DNA of 64,000 bases from Nitrospirota bacterium (GTDB taxonomy: Bacteria > Nitrospirota > UBA9217): the NCBI GenBank assembly GCA_963790205.1, contig CAWBNQ010000001.1, positions 128,001-192,000 on the forward strand, in the 5' to 3' direction. Under the pieces are notes generated by a model that searched no databases, had not been told where the DNA came from, and saw only the letters and a program-made list of their open reading frames with translations. This document shows, piece after piece, positions 10,817 through 21,197 of the stretch (position 1 is the first letter of the stretch; each line of letters begins with the position of its first letter). Position numbers and translations under genes: made by a program.

Positions 10817-12856
10817 TTAATGTTTTACAGGAGCTGCGTCCTCAACGAGCTGCACGTAGGGAACCTTTTTGACTTCCCACTTGTCGGTCTTGAGGTCATA
10901 CTTCGAGTTCACGAAGCACTTCCAGTTGTTGTCGTCCACGAGGTCGAAGTCGCCGCGATAGTAGTAGCCGGGGTACCGCGACTCTTCTCTGAACAGGATG
11001 TGGCGTGCATGGGCTTCGACGGAGAGGATACGATGATAGTTCTCCCAGCAGCGCATCAGTTCATGCAGGTTGGAGGCCGCCATCTTGGAGGTATCTTCCT
11101 TGAGCAGCTGGAGCTTTTTGAGGCCTTCGTCCAGCATGGTCTTGGAGGTCATATACCAGGTCGAGATGCCGCCAAAGTACTCGTCAGAAATCTTCTGCAG
11201 ACGGGTCTGGAGCATCTTCGGCTTGATGTAGTTCGGGTTGATCTCCGGGGCCGTGGTGTGGTTCTTGTACTTCTCATACACCTCGAACGGCAGGTAGAGC
11301 TCGGCTGCGAGATGATCCGCCGTTTCGGTGATGGTCGGGGTGTAGCTGGGGTTGTCGAGCAGGAACGAGATCGCGTTCTTTGCAGCAATACGGCCCTCTG
11401 CATGCGAACCGGACGAGAACTTGTGTCCCGAAGCGCCGCAGATGTCGCCGCACATGAAGAGGCCCTTCACGGTCGACTGGCGGTTGTAGTTGCCTGCAAT
11501 CCACTTCTTGTTCCACTCTTCGGGGGCGCCCACATCATCGGGACCGCAGCACCAGAAGCCCGCGCAGCCTGCGTGTGAACCAAGGAGATAAGGCTCGGTC
11601 GGCATGATTTCGGACGGAACTTTGTCCGGCTCGACATTCTGCGCGGCCCAGAGGCCGGCCTGACCGATGGCCATATCGAGGAAGTCTTCCCATGCCTCTG
11701 CCTCGAGGTGTTTCACCTTCTTGGCGCCCTCTTTGTCACCGAGCTTTTCCTTGAAGGTCTTGTTGATTGCAGCCATTGCCTCATCGGTTCTCATGAGGAT
11801 CGGGCCTTTGCCGAGCTTCATGTCACGCATCATGAGGTGGTTGCGGATGGCGGTGCCGAGGTTGTCGACATACTTGCCGTACTTCTTCTTCGCCTCTGCC
11901 AGTGCTTCCGGATTGGCGCAATAATCTTCGCCGAGGCTGTTGGTCGCCTTTGCCTTGAAGAACAGGAACCAGGCGCCGACCGGACCGTAACCGTCCTTGA
12001 AGCGGGCGGGCACGAAGCGGTTCTCCATCATGGTCAGCTCTGCTCCGGCCTGAAGGCCGAGCGCGTAGCCGGACCCGGAGTTCCATACCGGGTACCATGC
12101 GCGGCCCTGACCTTCCTGGGTGGACCGGGGACGGAACACGTTCACCGCGCCGCCGGCTGCCAGGACCATGGCTTTGGCCTTAAACACATAGATCTTGTTC
12201 TCGCGAACGCTGAAGCCCGCTGCTGCTGCAACGCGGTTCGGCTCCTTCGCATCGTTGTAGAGCTTCACGATGAAAACGCGCTCGTAATGGTTCTGCTTTA
12301 CACCGGTAGCCGCCCTGTTGGACTCGAGGGCTTTCTTTGCGGCTTCCGCGACAATGACCTTGTAGGACTCGCCGTTGATCATGATCTGCCACTTACCGGA
12401 ACGGACCGGCTTGCCGCCGTCCTTCAGGGAAACCTTGCCGGCTTCCTTTGCCTGGAAACCGTCGAGCGAGAAACCGTCGTCGCCCATTTTCCAGATCGGC
12501 AGGCCCCACTCCTCGAAGAGCTGCACGGAATCATCAACGTGACGGCCGAGGTCGTAGATCAGATCCTCGCGGACGATGCCCATGAGGTCGTTCCGCACCA
12601 TCTTTACATAGTCCGCCGGATCGTTCTCACCCATGTAGGTGTTGATCGCCGACAGACCCATGGCAACGGCGCCCGACCGGTCGGTCGCGGCCTTGTCTAC
12701 CATGGTGATCTTGATCTTCTTGGGGTTTGCCCAGCGGGCGCCTTCGAACGCCGCGCCGCAGCAGGCCATGCCGCCGCCGATGAGGAGGAGATCGGTCTCA
12801 ATCTCTTCGATTGCGGGCTTTGCGCAAAACGAAAAATTACAGGTTTCTTTTTCCAT
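10817..12856 (-). CDS. aprA: Adenylylsulfate reductase alpha subunit
   Basis: RSGAVAMGLSAINTY, GKWQIMINGESYK, GRAWYPVWN, HKFSSGSHAEGR. Confidence 0.98.
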   Translation of the reverse strand: MEKETCNFSFCAKPAIEEIETDLLLIGGGMACCGAAFEGARWANPKKIKITMVDKAATDRSGAVAMGLSAINTYMGENDPADYVKMVRNDLMGIVREDLIYDLGRHVDDSVQLFEEWGLPIWKMGDDGFSLDGFQAKEAGKVSLKDGGKPVRSGKWQIMINGESYKVIVAEAAKKALESNRAATGVKQNHYERVFIVKLYNDAKEPNRVAAAAGFSVRENKIYVFKAKAMVLAAGGAVNVFRPRSTQEGQGRAWYPVWNSGSGYALGLQAGAELTMMENRFVPARFKDGYGPVGAWFLFFKAKATNSLGEDYCANPEALAEAKKKYGKYVDNLGTAIRNHLMMRDMKLGKGPILMRTDEAMAAINKTFKEKLGDKEGAKKVKHLEAEAWEDFLDMAIGQAGLWAAQNVEPDKVPSEIMPTEPYLLGSHAGCAGFWCCGPDDVGAPEEWNKKWIAGNYNRQSTVKGLFMCGDICGASGHKFSSGSHAEGRIAAKNAISFLLDNPSYTPTITETADHLAAELYLPFEVYEKYKNHTTAPEINPNYIKPKMLQTRLQKISDEYFGGISTWYMTSKTMLDEGLKKLQLLKEDTSKMAASNLHELMRCWENYHRILSVEAHARHILFREESRYPGYYYRGDFDLVDDNNWKCFVNSKYDLKTDKWEVKKVPYVQLVEDAAPVKH

Positions 12857-12870
12857 TTGTCTGTTCCTCC

Positions 12871-13302
12871 TTATTTCTTGATTACCGGCATCGGCTTCGA
12901 CGTAGTGAAGTAACCCGGCTGTTTGATTTTTGCCATATCTGCTTCAGGCTTGCCCTTGTAGGGATCGACCGAACCTTCGGCAGTTGTCCTGATCGGGAAC
13001 TTGAAACGCTTCAGGATCCCGTTCCGGAACTTGATGGTCCACATGATGGAGTCCGTACCCCTCATCGGAATAACGTTCGCACCCAGGGGGGCGAAATCCT
13101 GGTAGGCCCGGATCTCGATCGCCTGCTGCGGGCAGATCTTGACGCAGTTGTAGCACTCCCAGCACTGGTCGGGCTCCTGGTTGTACGCCTTCATGAGGTC
13201 CCTGTTAAGGGTCATGAGGTCGTTCGGGCAGATATACTGGCAAGCAGTCTTATCCTGCGCCTTGCAGCCGTCACACTTCTCTGTAATAACATAACTCGGC
13301 AT
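12871..13302 (-). CDS. aprB: Adenylylsulfate reductase beta subunit
   Basis: CDGC..CQYICP and CWECYNCVKICP; RFKFPIRTT. Confidence 0.98.
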   Translation of the reverse strand: MPSYVITEKCDGCKAQDKTACQYICPNDLMTLNRDLMKAYNQEPDQCWECYNCVKICPQQAIEIRAYQDFAPLGANVIPMRGTDSIMWTIKFRNGILKRFKFPIRTTAEGSVDPYKGKPEADMAKIKQPGYFTTSKPMPVIKK

Positions 13303-13357
13303 GTTGCATGTCCTCCTATCTTAAGATTGAAATAAACTGCCTATGCAGTCGTTTTGC

Positions 13358-14605
13358 TTACTTTTTGATGTTCTCGGTGTGAACTCCTTCGGCATGGCCG
13401 TGCAGCTTGATCTCCACTTTTGTGGTGAGGCCCGCGTAGTATTTCTTGAGGATCTCGAGCACTTCGGGGCGGCTGAAGTGATCGGGCACGTTCTCGCCCT
13501 CGGAAAGCATCTTCCGGAGCTTGGTGCCGGACAGCATGAGCCGGTCTTCCTTCTGGTGAGGGCAGGTCCTCATGGAGGCCATGCCGTCGCACTTGAAGCA
13601 GTAGAACGTATGGTCGATCTTCAAGGGTTGGGTCTCGAGCGCGCCCTTGGGGATCTCGTCGAAGATCTTCTGCGCGTCGAACGGGCCGTAGTAGTCGCCC
13701 ACGCCGGCATGGTCGCGGCCGACGATCAGGTGGCTGCAGCCGAAGTTCTGGCGGAAGAGCGCGTGGAGGAGCGCCTCGCGCGGTCCTGCATAGCGCATCT
13801 CCATGGGGTAGCCGCACTGAATTGCAGAATCCTTCACAAAGTACTTCTCCATGAGGGTGTCGATGGCATTGGCGCGGACGTCGGCCGGGATATCGCCCTC
13901 TTTGAGTTTGCCCAGGATCTGGTGGATCAGCACGCCGTCCATGGTCTCGATTGCGATCTTGGCGAGGTATTCGTGGGAGCGGTGCATGGGGTTCCGCGTC
14001 TGGAACGCAGCGATCGTGCTCCAGCCCTTCTCCTCGAACATCTTGCGGGTCTGGGCCGGGGTCATGTAGATGCCCTTGAACTGGGTCGGGAAATGCGCCT
14101 CGGAGAGGACCTTTACCGGACCGGCCAGGTTCATATCAGGCTGGCCCATGACCTTCTGTACGCCCGGATGGCCGGCGACGTCAACGGTGCGGAAGATCTG
14201 CTTGCACTCGTGCTCCTTGTCGGTCTTGGACATGGCATACTTCTCGGTCACCTTCATGGTGGCCATGATCTGGTTCGATTCTTCATCAACGAGGGTGATC
14301 TCTTCGTTCTTCTTGAGCGAATTTGCGAACTCAGTGGACGCAGAGAGCGTCACCGGGACGGGCCAGAACGTGCCGTCCGCCATCTTGTACTTGTCGCAGA
14401 CACCCTTCCAGTCCTTCTTGGTCATGAAGCCCGTAAGCGGGGTGAACGCGCCGATGCCCATCATCACGAGATCCGCGGTCTCGCGCGAGGAGATCTTGAG
14501 CTGCTTGAGCTTCGCCGCCTTCTTCTGCTCTTTCTGAAGGGCCGCGCCGGTGAGAAGAAGCGGCATGAGCTTCTTCTTTTTACCATGAGGTTTTACCAAT
14601 GCCAT
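13358..14605 (-). CDS. sat: Sulfate adenylyltransferase
   Basis: [31 protein letters not shown]. Confidence 0.98.
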   Translation of the reverse strand: MALVKPHGKKKKLMPLLLTGAALQKEQKKAAKLKQLKISSRETADLVMMGIGAFTPLTGFMTKKDWKGVCDKYKMADGTFWPVPVTLSASTEFANSLKKNEEITLVDEESNQIMATMKVTEKYAMSKTDKEHECKQIFRTVDVAGHPGVQKVMGQPDMNLAGPVKVLSEAHFPTQFKGIYMTPAQTRKMFEEKGWSTIAAFQTRNPMHRSHEYLAKIAIETMDGVLIHQILGKLKEGDIPADVRANAIDTLMEKYFVKDSAIQCGYPMEMRYAGPREALLHALFRQNFGCSHLIVGRDHAGVGDYYGPFDAQKIFDEIPKGALETQPLKIDHTFYCFKCDGMASMRTCPHQKEDRLMLSGTKLRKMLSEGENVPDHFSRPEVLEILKKYYAGLTTKVEIKLHGHAEGVHTENIKK

Positions 14606-14692
14606 AACTGTTTCCTCCTTAAAAGAATTTTAAAATATATTCCACTGTGGCTCTTCACCACAACCTTGTACATTAAAGATGAATGATGCGCC

Positions 14693-15340
14693 CTAGCCGA
14701 GGGCTGCCGTCACTTTGTTGAAGATGTCGCTGATGCTGCCCACGCCCATGACGGTCTTCATGATGTTCTTCTTGGAGTAGTAATCGATGAGCGGCGAGGT
14801 CTGTTTCTGGTACACATCGAGCCGTTTCTTGATGGTCTCTTCCTTGTCGTCGTCGCGCTGGAAGAGTGAGCCGCCGCACTTGTCGCAGACGCCGTCTTTC
14901 TTGGGGGCCGAGAAATAGATATTGTACATCTGCTGGCAGCTCTTGCAGGTCCGCCGGCCGGTGAGACGCTTCAGGAGGTCGTTCATGTCCACATCGATAT
15001 TGAGGGCGATGGTAAGCGGCGCGCCCATGCCCGAGAGGATCCTGTCCAGGGCCTCGGCCTGGGCCGTGTTGCGCGGGAACCCGTCGAGGATGAAGCCGGC
15101 CCTGCAGTCAGGCTGTTTGATGCGCTCTTCCACGAGGCCGAGTACGATCTTGTCGGATACAAGCCCGCCGGAGTCCATGATCACTTTCGCTTCTTTGCCG
15201 AGTGGCGTACCGTCGGCAACCGCCTTGCGGAGGATGTCCCCCGTGGAGATCTGTGGAATCTTGTACTTCTCAATCAACATCTTCGCCTGGGTACCTTTGC
15301 CGGCACCGGGCGCTCCGAGCAGCACAACCCTCTTAGCCAT
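14693..15340 (-). CDS. adk: Adenylate kinase with Zn lid
   Basis: GAPGAGKGTQA, LDGFPR, CxxC...CxxC lid. Confidence 0.97.
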   Translation of the reverse strand: MAKRVVLLGAPGAGKGTQAKMLIEKYKIPQISTGDILRKAVADGTPLGKEAKVIMDSGGLVSDKIVLGLVEERIKQPDCRAGFILDGFPRNTAQAEALDRILSGMGAPLTIALNIDVDMNDLLKRLTGRRTCKSCQQMYNIYFSAPKKDGVCDKCGGSLFQRDDDKEETIKKRLDVYQKQTSPLIDYYSKKNIMKTVMGVGSISDIFNKVTAALG

Positions 15341-15486
15341 CGAGATGATCCTCCGTAGAAAAGATTATGTATCAGAGATAAAGACGGAAGGCGCAATAAG
15401 CCCTTCTCAAGATTTTAACCGGCCTATAATGGTTTAAAACGAGTTAATTTTCAAGTTAAAAATTATAATTTGAATATTAGTTTTGT

Positions 15487-16092
15487 TTATAAACGCGGCT
15501 GCGAATGAAGGAATTCGGTTAGTTTTTCAATGGCTTTACCCCTATGGCTGAGGCGGTCCTTCTCGTCTCCGGCCATCTCGGCAAAAGTCCTCTTATGACC
15601 ATCGGGAATAAAAACCGGGTCGTATCCGAACCCGGTCGCCCCCTTCGGTTCCCGCCCTATGCAACCTTCTGCATACCCGAAGAACGTCTTGACCGTTCCG
15701 TCCGGGAAGGCCAGGGCCATGCAGCAGACGAACCGGGCGCCCCTTTTGTGGTCCGGGACGTTCGTAAGTTCGGAGAGGAGCTTTTCATAATTTCTGACGT
15801 CATTCCCACCCGTCACGCCGGCATAGCGGGCAGAGTACACTCCAGGCGCCCCTCCGAGGGCATCGACTTCGAGTCCCGAGTCGTCGGCAAGGGCGGATTT
15901 GCCCGTGCATCGGCAGACCTCGATCGCTTTTTTGACCGCGTTCCCCTCGAAGGTGTCCTTGTCCTCCACGGTCTCTGGACAGTTCGGGAAATTGTCGAGG
16001 GAGAGTATCGTGATCGGCAGATCGACGGTGATCCGCCTGATCTCCTCGATCTTTTTTTTATTTCGCGTGGCCAGAACGATTTCCATATCCAT
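15487..16092 (-). CDS. rdgB: XTP/dITP diphosphatase (non-canonical purine NTP pyrophosphatase)
   Basis: ATRN..K, ADDSGLEVDAL..APGVYSARYA, GFGYDP, SHRG. Confidence 0.95.
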   Translation of the reverse strand: MDMEIVLATRNKKKIEEIRRITVDLPITILSLDNFPNCPETVEDKDTFEGNAVKKAIEVCRCTGKSALADDSGLEVDALGGAPGVYSARYAGVTGGNDVRNYEKLLSELTNVPDHKRGARFVCCMALAFPDGTVKTFFGYAEGCIGREPKGATGFGYDPVFIPDGHKRTFAEMAGDEKDRLSHRGKAIEKLTEFLHSQPRL

Positions 16093-16345
16093 ATTAAAGA
16101 AGCTTCTTTATCTGTCCGCTGCATACTGTTCTTTGGAGGTCGTTACAGTATCACAAAAAACAGGGAGTTGCAAGTAGAGGAAAGAGCGGGAGAAAAATGA
16201 GGTTTGACAAAAATATTTCAGTGCCTCGTTTCAGTGCGGTGTGGCCCCGACCCCGGATGTCCCTTGTTGTATAATAAAGCCCATCCATGGTATAGTGAAA
16301 CTTGATGAAACAAGAACGCATCAGCAAAATGCGGAGAACTTTTCT

Positions 16346-18652
16346 GTGAAATTTTCCGAAAAACAAAAACCCGGCTTGCTTTTGGGCCTGGGGCTTCTGA
16401 TCTTCATCTCCGCTGTCGCCCTGGCGTACAAGCCGTTTACGACGGTCCTCTCCGCAGTCAAACCATATAAACACGCTGGTGACCGCCCTGTCGAAGTCGA
16501 GCAGTTACGCTCCCTTTTTTTGTCCATATCGTTAGCCGAGAGAGGCTTCGCAGCAACGGGGAATCCCGACTATCGGGTCGCGTTCTCCGAAGCGGCGCCT
16601 AAAATTCGTCACATCATTGATGACCTCAAGATCCTTCGCTCCGATGACCCCGGGCAGAAGCTACGGTTTGACCGGCTGGGCGACCTGATGGGCAAGAGGC
16701 TCGCGCTTGCAGAAAACGCGGTCCGGGCGCAGGAGGCCGTCGAACCGGCGCAGATCAAAGAGGAAGATGGCCTGTTGCGCGAGATCGAGACACTGTTGTC
16801 CGATATAGAGAATGAAGAGAACGCGCGGCCTTGGCAAAAGGACGCGGCTGTCCGCGACTCAATGCTGATCGTGCTTTTCGTGGGCGCCGCAGGCGCGTCT
16901 GTCTCGCTTCTCGTCATTATACTTTCGCTGGGCTTCATGAAAAGGGAGAGCCGCCGACGCCGCCGGACCGAGGAGTACGCAACCAAGCTGCTGCAGACTG
17001 CCGAACAAGCCGGAGATCTGATAACGATCCTCGACCAGGATGGAACGATAGAGTTCATGAACAAGGCCGCGGAGGAGACGACCGGGTACCGGCGGAATGA
17101 TCTGGTCGGGACGCGGAGTAAAGCGTGGTTTCCCTGGTATCCCGACAAGGAGGTCCTGCGCACGATGCGGAAGACGGTGCTCTCCGGACGTCCTTTCGAG
17201 GCCACGACGGCGGGCAGGAAAAAATCAGGAGAACCGTTTTTCGTGAAGGAGGTCGTGACCCCGCTGATGGACCGCGCCGGCAAGGTTGTCCGGATCATCT
17301 CGACGGCACGGGACGTCACGCGTCAAAAACAACTGGAGGAGAGGCTCGACTATCTCGAAAAATACGACCCTTTGACCGGCGTCCCGAACAGAGCGTACTT
17401 TATTGAAATCCTGGAGCAGGAGATCGCCAGGGCGAACAAAAGCGGCGGATTCCTTTCGGTGATGATCGTGGACATCGACCGCTTCAAGCACCTTAACGAC
17501 CTGTTCGGGCCGGAAGCGGGCGACGCAGTCTTGCGGTGGGTGTCGGAAAAGCTGCGCGCCTCCCTCGGCCGGCACGGCTTCGTTGCGCGTCTCGGCAGCG
17601 ATGAATTCGCCGTGGTACGCTTTGCCGACTCGCGGACTGTCGCTGCGGCCGCCGTCGCCGCGAACATCCGGCACGCGGTGACACAGAACATCGACGTCGG
17701 CGATCACAACATCGCTATAACCGTGTCCATGGGCGTCGCGCTGTATCCGGACAACGGCAGTAATGCGCAAGCCCTCCTTACCAACGCCGACCTCGCCCTT
17801 GCCGAAGCACAGGCCCAGGGCAGAAATGCAATCCTGTTTTTCAATACAGGGATCACCACGGGTGTTTCCGACCTGTTCTATCTCGAGAAGCGCCTTTTCG
17901 GTGCGCTCAAAAACGGCGAATATCTCGTAAACTATCAGCCCTACTGCGAACTGGCGACGCAAAAAGTGGCCGGCGCCGAGGCGCTCATCAAATGGAAGAA
18001 CGACGACCTCGGTCTGGTTTCGCCGACGAGGTTCATTCCCTCCCTTGAAGACACGGGGATGATCATCGATGTGGGCAGGTGGGTGCTGGAGACCGCATGC
18101 GGCCAGATCCGGGAATGGGAAATGAAAAAACGGACCTTCCCCGTCTCGGTGAACCTGTCGCTTGCCCAGTTCCGCCATAAATATCTTGTCGGAATGGTGG
18201 CAGACGCAATCAAGGATTTCAAGCTCAATCCCCGGCACCTGACGCTGGAAGTGACGGAGAGCATCTTTATCCACGATATTGAATTTGCGATCAAGACCCT
18301 CAAGCGGCTGAAAGACGTGGGCGTCTCGCTCTCGGTCGACGACTTCGGAACGGGATACTCCTCCCTCAGTTATCTGAAAAAGCTGCCGGTCGATATTGTC
18401 AAGATCGATATTTCCTTCGTCCGCGAGATTACGCGGGACCAGGACGCGGCCTCGATCGTCACGGCAATCACCTCCCTGGCGCGGAGTCTGAATCTCAAGA
18501 CCATCGCGGAAGGAGTTGAGACCGAGGAGCAGCGGAACATCCTTCACCTCCTCCGCTGCGACATGGGACAGGGATATTACTTCAGCCCGGCCATCCCTCC
18601 GGCTGAGTTCGATACTTTCCTTACCCAGGAGCGAAAACCATTTTCAAAATAG
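16346..18652 (+). CDS. Membrane sensor, CHASE3-like/PAS/GGDEF/EAL; probably a c-di-GMP phosphodiesterase
   Basis: Two TM segments flanking a CHASE3-like region; PAS; GSDEF variant; intact EAL and DDFGTGYSS; start placed at a GTG with GGAGA RBS. Confidence 0.88.
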   Translation: MKFSEKQKPGLLLGLGLLIFISAVALAYKPFTTVLSAVKPYKHAGDRPVEVEQLRSLFLSISLAERGFAATGNPDYRVAFSEAAPKIRHIIDDLKILRSDDPGQKLRFDRLGDLMGKRLALAENAVRAQEAVEPAQIKEEDGLLREIETLLSDIENEENARPWQKDAAVRDSMLIVLFVGAAGASVSLLVIILSLGFMKRESRRRRRTEEYATKLLQTAEQAGDLITILDQDGTIEFMNKAAEETTGYRRNDLVGTRSKAWFPWYPDKEVLRTMRKTVLSGRPFEATTAGRKKSGEPFFVKEVVTPLMDRAGKVVRIISTARDVTRQKQLEERLDYLEKYDPLTGVPNRAYFIEILEQEIARANKSGGFLSVMIVDIDRFKHLNDLFGPEAGDAVLRWVSEKLRASLGRHGFVARLGSDEFAVVRFADSRTVAAAAVAANIRHAVTQNIDVGDHNIAITVSMGVALYPDNGSNAQALLTNADLALAEAQAQGRNAILFFNTGITTGVSDLFYLEKRLFGALKNGEYLVNYQPYCELATQKVAGAEALIKWKNDDLGLVSPTRFIPSLEDTGMIIDVGRWVLETACGQIREWEMKKRTFPVSVNLSLAQFRHKYLVGMVADAIKDFKLNPRHLTLEVTESIFIHDIEFAIKTLKRLKDVGVSLSVDDFGTGYSSLSYLKKLPVDIVKIDISFVREITRDQDAASIVTAITSLARSLNLKTIAEGVETEEQRNILHLLRCDMGQGYYFSPAIPPAEFDTFLTQERKPFSK

Positions 18653-18692
18653 GCGGGTTTTAGAGTTAAACGGACTGTTGTAAAAAGGCCGC

Positions 18693-18726
18693 AAAAAACA
18701 AAAACGCGCCCCCCAAAGGGGGGCGT
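18693..18726 (-). terminator. Intrinsic terminator downstream of hgcB
   Basis: cgcccccc-aaa-ggggggcg hairpin with a T-rich tail on the minus strand. Confidence 0.65.
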
Positions 18727-18826
18727 CTCTGTTGACATTGCCGATTTCCCGGGATGCTCTTTAATATTTTGTTTCCCTTACTCCCCGGCTCTGTTTCTTC
18801 TAAAACCGTGTCGAATTAAATTTGTA

Positions 18827-19120
18827 TCACCCACAGCAGCTGCTCCCGCCGTCGCTGCAGTCGCAGGAGGGCGGCCCGCCGGTGAGCATGCTGTTGATGA
18901 TGGCCGCCGCGCAGCCCACGCCGGAGTTGACGCTGATCGCGCCGAATTCGCAATTCAGGGCGCAGGCCCCGCATTCCATGCAAAGGTCCCTGTCCGTGAC
19001 CGCAGCCCGCTTGTCCTGCATCTCGAATACGCCGCGAGGGCAGACTTCAAGGCACCTGCCGCAGCCGGAGCATTTCTCCGGTGAATATTGAAGTGTGGTT
19101 ACATTCGCTAGATATTTCAT
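18827..19120 (-). CDS. hgcB: Mercury methylation ferredoxin
   Basis: CSGCGRCLEVCP, CMECGACALNC, GVGCAAA, C-terminal CC; ATG overlaps the hgcA stop (ATGA). Confidence 0.95.
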   Translation of the reverse strand: MKYLANVTTLQYSPEKCSGCGRCLEVCPRGVFEMQDKRAAVTDRDLCMECGACALNCEFGAISVNSGVGCAAAIINSMLTGGPPSCDCSDGGSSCCG

Positions 19121-20202
19121 ACGATCCCCCATTCCCTAAGCTTAAACAGGACCACCAGTGCAAGAGAGACGCCCGCCGTGCCCAGATAAACGGGTATGCC
19201 GATCTTTAGTTCTTTGTTCACGCCCGACATTCCCGTATACGTTGTCGAGCCGGTAAACTGGAGGGCGATGTAAGAACTGAGTGCGGGGAAGAGCAGATAG
19301 GTTGCAGCGAGCAGTGCCCTGCTGTGACTGACGGTAATATGGAAGCCATGCACTGCGAGCAGAGTCATAAGCAGCCCCACGATCCACCCTTTGACGGCAA
19401 AGGACCGGAACGGCACGAACGGAAGCAGCACGGGCGTCAGGAATGCCCCGGCAACGACCGTAAGCAGAAGAAGCAGGAGAAATGGCAGGCCGTTCGACCA
19501 TGCTGGATGGAACAATAGCCCCGAAGGCTGGAGCCCAAAAAGAAGAAGTATGCCTCCCGCGAACCAGGGAAACTTTTTCATTGCGGGATTGATCTCCATC
19601 GGCGTGAGGATGATCCGGTCGAGCAGCGAAAATCGGGCGGTCCGCATCTCTTTTGTTTTTTTATAGCCGGCCTGAATATAGGCGGGAATATCCCTGGCCT
19701 GTACCGGACCGAAGGAGACGCGGAACCCCGTTTTCTTCTGAACTTCGCTCGCGCAGACGCCCACAGCGCCGAGCTGGGGGAGGATGATGCGACGATGGGT
19801 TACGACCTTGTCGAGGTTCGATGCGGCGATCCGGTTCACGAGTTCATCGGTCCCGAAGGTCCCCTTTCCCGCGGCGCACCAGACATTGATGCTCTTCGTA
19901 TCGAGCACGAGGACCCAGGCATTCATGCCTTTGAGTTCTCGCCGAAGGATGTCGAAGCTCAGCTTGTAATTGGCGGTAACAAAGACATCGGAATCCATCG
20001 CAGGCTCACCCACGGCATAAAGCCCGGGCGGCACGGCGTAGTTCATGCGAAAGGCGCCGACCCTGCTCTTAATCATGCCCCAGGTGTCGGCGTGCGTCCA
20101 GTTGGTAGAGACCTTGTAAGCAGAACCGCCGGGGATGGAGATGGAGCCCGCCGTCCAGGGCGGCGCGATCTTTTTAACGAATTTCAGTGTTTGTATCTGC
20201 AT
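19117..20202 (-). CDS. hgcA: Mercury methylation corrinoid protein
   Basis: Cap-helix motif NVWCAAGK, TANYKLSFD, C-terminal TM domain with FTGSTTYT; GGAGG RBS before ATG 20202. Confidence 0.96.
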   Translation of the reverse strand: MQIQTLKFVKKIAPPWTAGSISIPGGSAYKVSTNWTHADTWGMIKSRVGAFRMNYAVPPGLYAVGEPAMDSDVFVTANYKLSFDILRRELKGMNAWVLVLDTKSINVWCAAGKGTFGTDELVNRIAASNLDKVVTHRRIILPQLGAVGVCASEVQKKTGFRVSFGPVQARDIPAYIQAGYKKTKEMRTARFSLLDRIILTPMEINPAMKKFPWFAGGILLLFGLQPSGLLFHPAWSNGLPFLLLLLLTVVAGAFLTPVLLPFVPFRSFAVKGWIVGLLMTLLAVHGFHITVSHSRALLAATYLLFPALSSYIALQFTGSTTYTGMSGVNKELKIGIPVYLGTAGVSLALVVLFKLREWGIV

Positions 20203-20342
20203 GGAAAGCCTCCTAACCGGAACTCTCCGGACCCGATATACCACGAAGATACGAAAGCGCGAAGGATATTATATTTGTCGGGGCTGCCCCGTGGGGCCGC
20301 CTAAAACAGGGTAACCGCAGCGAGTTAGCCCTCCTTGATCGT

Positions 20343-20621
20343 CTACAAAATTTCTTTCATCACCGGGCTGAGCATGCCCTTTACCATGGTCTCAAGGCTC
20401 CCCGCTTTGATAAGCGCGATGCAGCAGATCTTTCCGTCCTTCTCCCAGCTCGTCACGGCCGGCTTGTCGCCCGCTTTGATGCCGGCCCGATCCCGCAGCT
20501 CCTCGGGCAGCACCATCTGGCCCCGCTCGTCCACGGTAACGAGGGCCTCCACAGCGCAGCAACTCGCACCCCTGCCGAACGGGCCGCTTACGGGAATATT
20601 TTTCTTTTTAACCGTTGTCAT
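20343..20621 (-). CDS. hgcC: HgcAB-associated AbrB-fold protein
   Basis: VDERGQMVLP..LR..AGIK.GD AbrB signature with two CC pairs; directly upstream of hgcA. Confidence 0.75.
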   Translation of the reverse strand: MTTVKKKNIPVSGPFGRGASCCAVEALVTVDERGQMVLPEELRDRAGIKAGDKPAVTSWEKDGKICCIALIKAGSLETMVKGMLSPVMKEIL

Positions 20622-20992
20622 CGCTCCTCCGCTAATTCTGCATTATCTGAATAATCAGACAAGTAAGTAATACCTGAAACAGGGGGGATATATCAAGAAG
20701 TTTTTTGGGGGCGCCGAGAGGAAAGGCGGCGGCTCGGCTGCGCATCTACGGGTAAAACATGCAAGCGTGCTCCGTTTTTGCCCTGCACGGCCGGCGTGGA
20801 CAACGGGATTGGCAAGGGCCGGGGCGTCGAACAGGTCCGATTGCAGAACAAGCCTGATTACCTTATCGGCGTTGTCGAGCGCCTGACCCTAATGCCCCTT
20901 GGTTTCGGTTATAGGAGCAAGCCCGTGCCTCTTCTGCCGTGATGTTCCATTGTTGTCAAAGATGGCTTTCTTCGTGCAGTGAAATCCATACA

Positions 20993-21022
20993 ATTATGCA
21001 AAGTTGCATAACTTTGCATAAT
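20993..21022. promoter_or_regulatory. Perfect 13-bp inverted repeat; candidate enhancer-binding-protein site
   Basis: attatgcaaagtt-gcat-aactttgcataat, about 160 bp upstream of the sigma-54 promoter. Confidence 0.55.
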
Positions 21023-21180
21023 CATTAACCTTTTTTTCCCCGATTTGTTCTCTTCGAATTCGCTTCCATTTTTAGTGTAGTGAAATCCCTACAATCCTGC
21101 AATTGTTGTTATCAGCATTCTTAACGCAAAAGGTTGAGAATGCGGCTTCAAATCAATGGGATAAAGCAAACTCTCATGAA

Positions 21181-21197
21181 TTGGCATTCGGCTTGCT
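21181..21197 (+). promoter_or_regulatory. Sigma-54 (-24/-12) promoter
   Basis: TTGGCATtcggcTTGCT with exact GG-N10-GC spacing. Confidence 0.75.

Noticed and set aside
5855..14605. Claim of complete sulfate reduction to sulfide, or of pathway direction
   Set aside because: No dsr genes lie in this window; qmoC suggests the reductive type but does not fix the direction
14606..14692. Rex operator upstream of sat
   Set aside because: No convincing TTGTGAA-N4-TTCACAA-like palindrome here or before adk
16346..18652. GGDEF-EAL protein as the cGAMP synthase for the nearby riboswitch
   Set aside because: It keeps Asp in NDLFGPEAGD rather than the Ser/Thr of Hypr enzymes, has a GSDEF variant and an intact EAL domain; a c-di-GMP phosphodiesterase is more likely
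19117..20202. Selenocysteine HgcA or fused HgcAB
   Set aside because: The cap helix has a Cys codon, and hgcB starts in a different frame overlapping the hgcA stop
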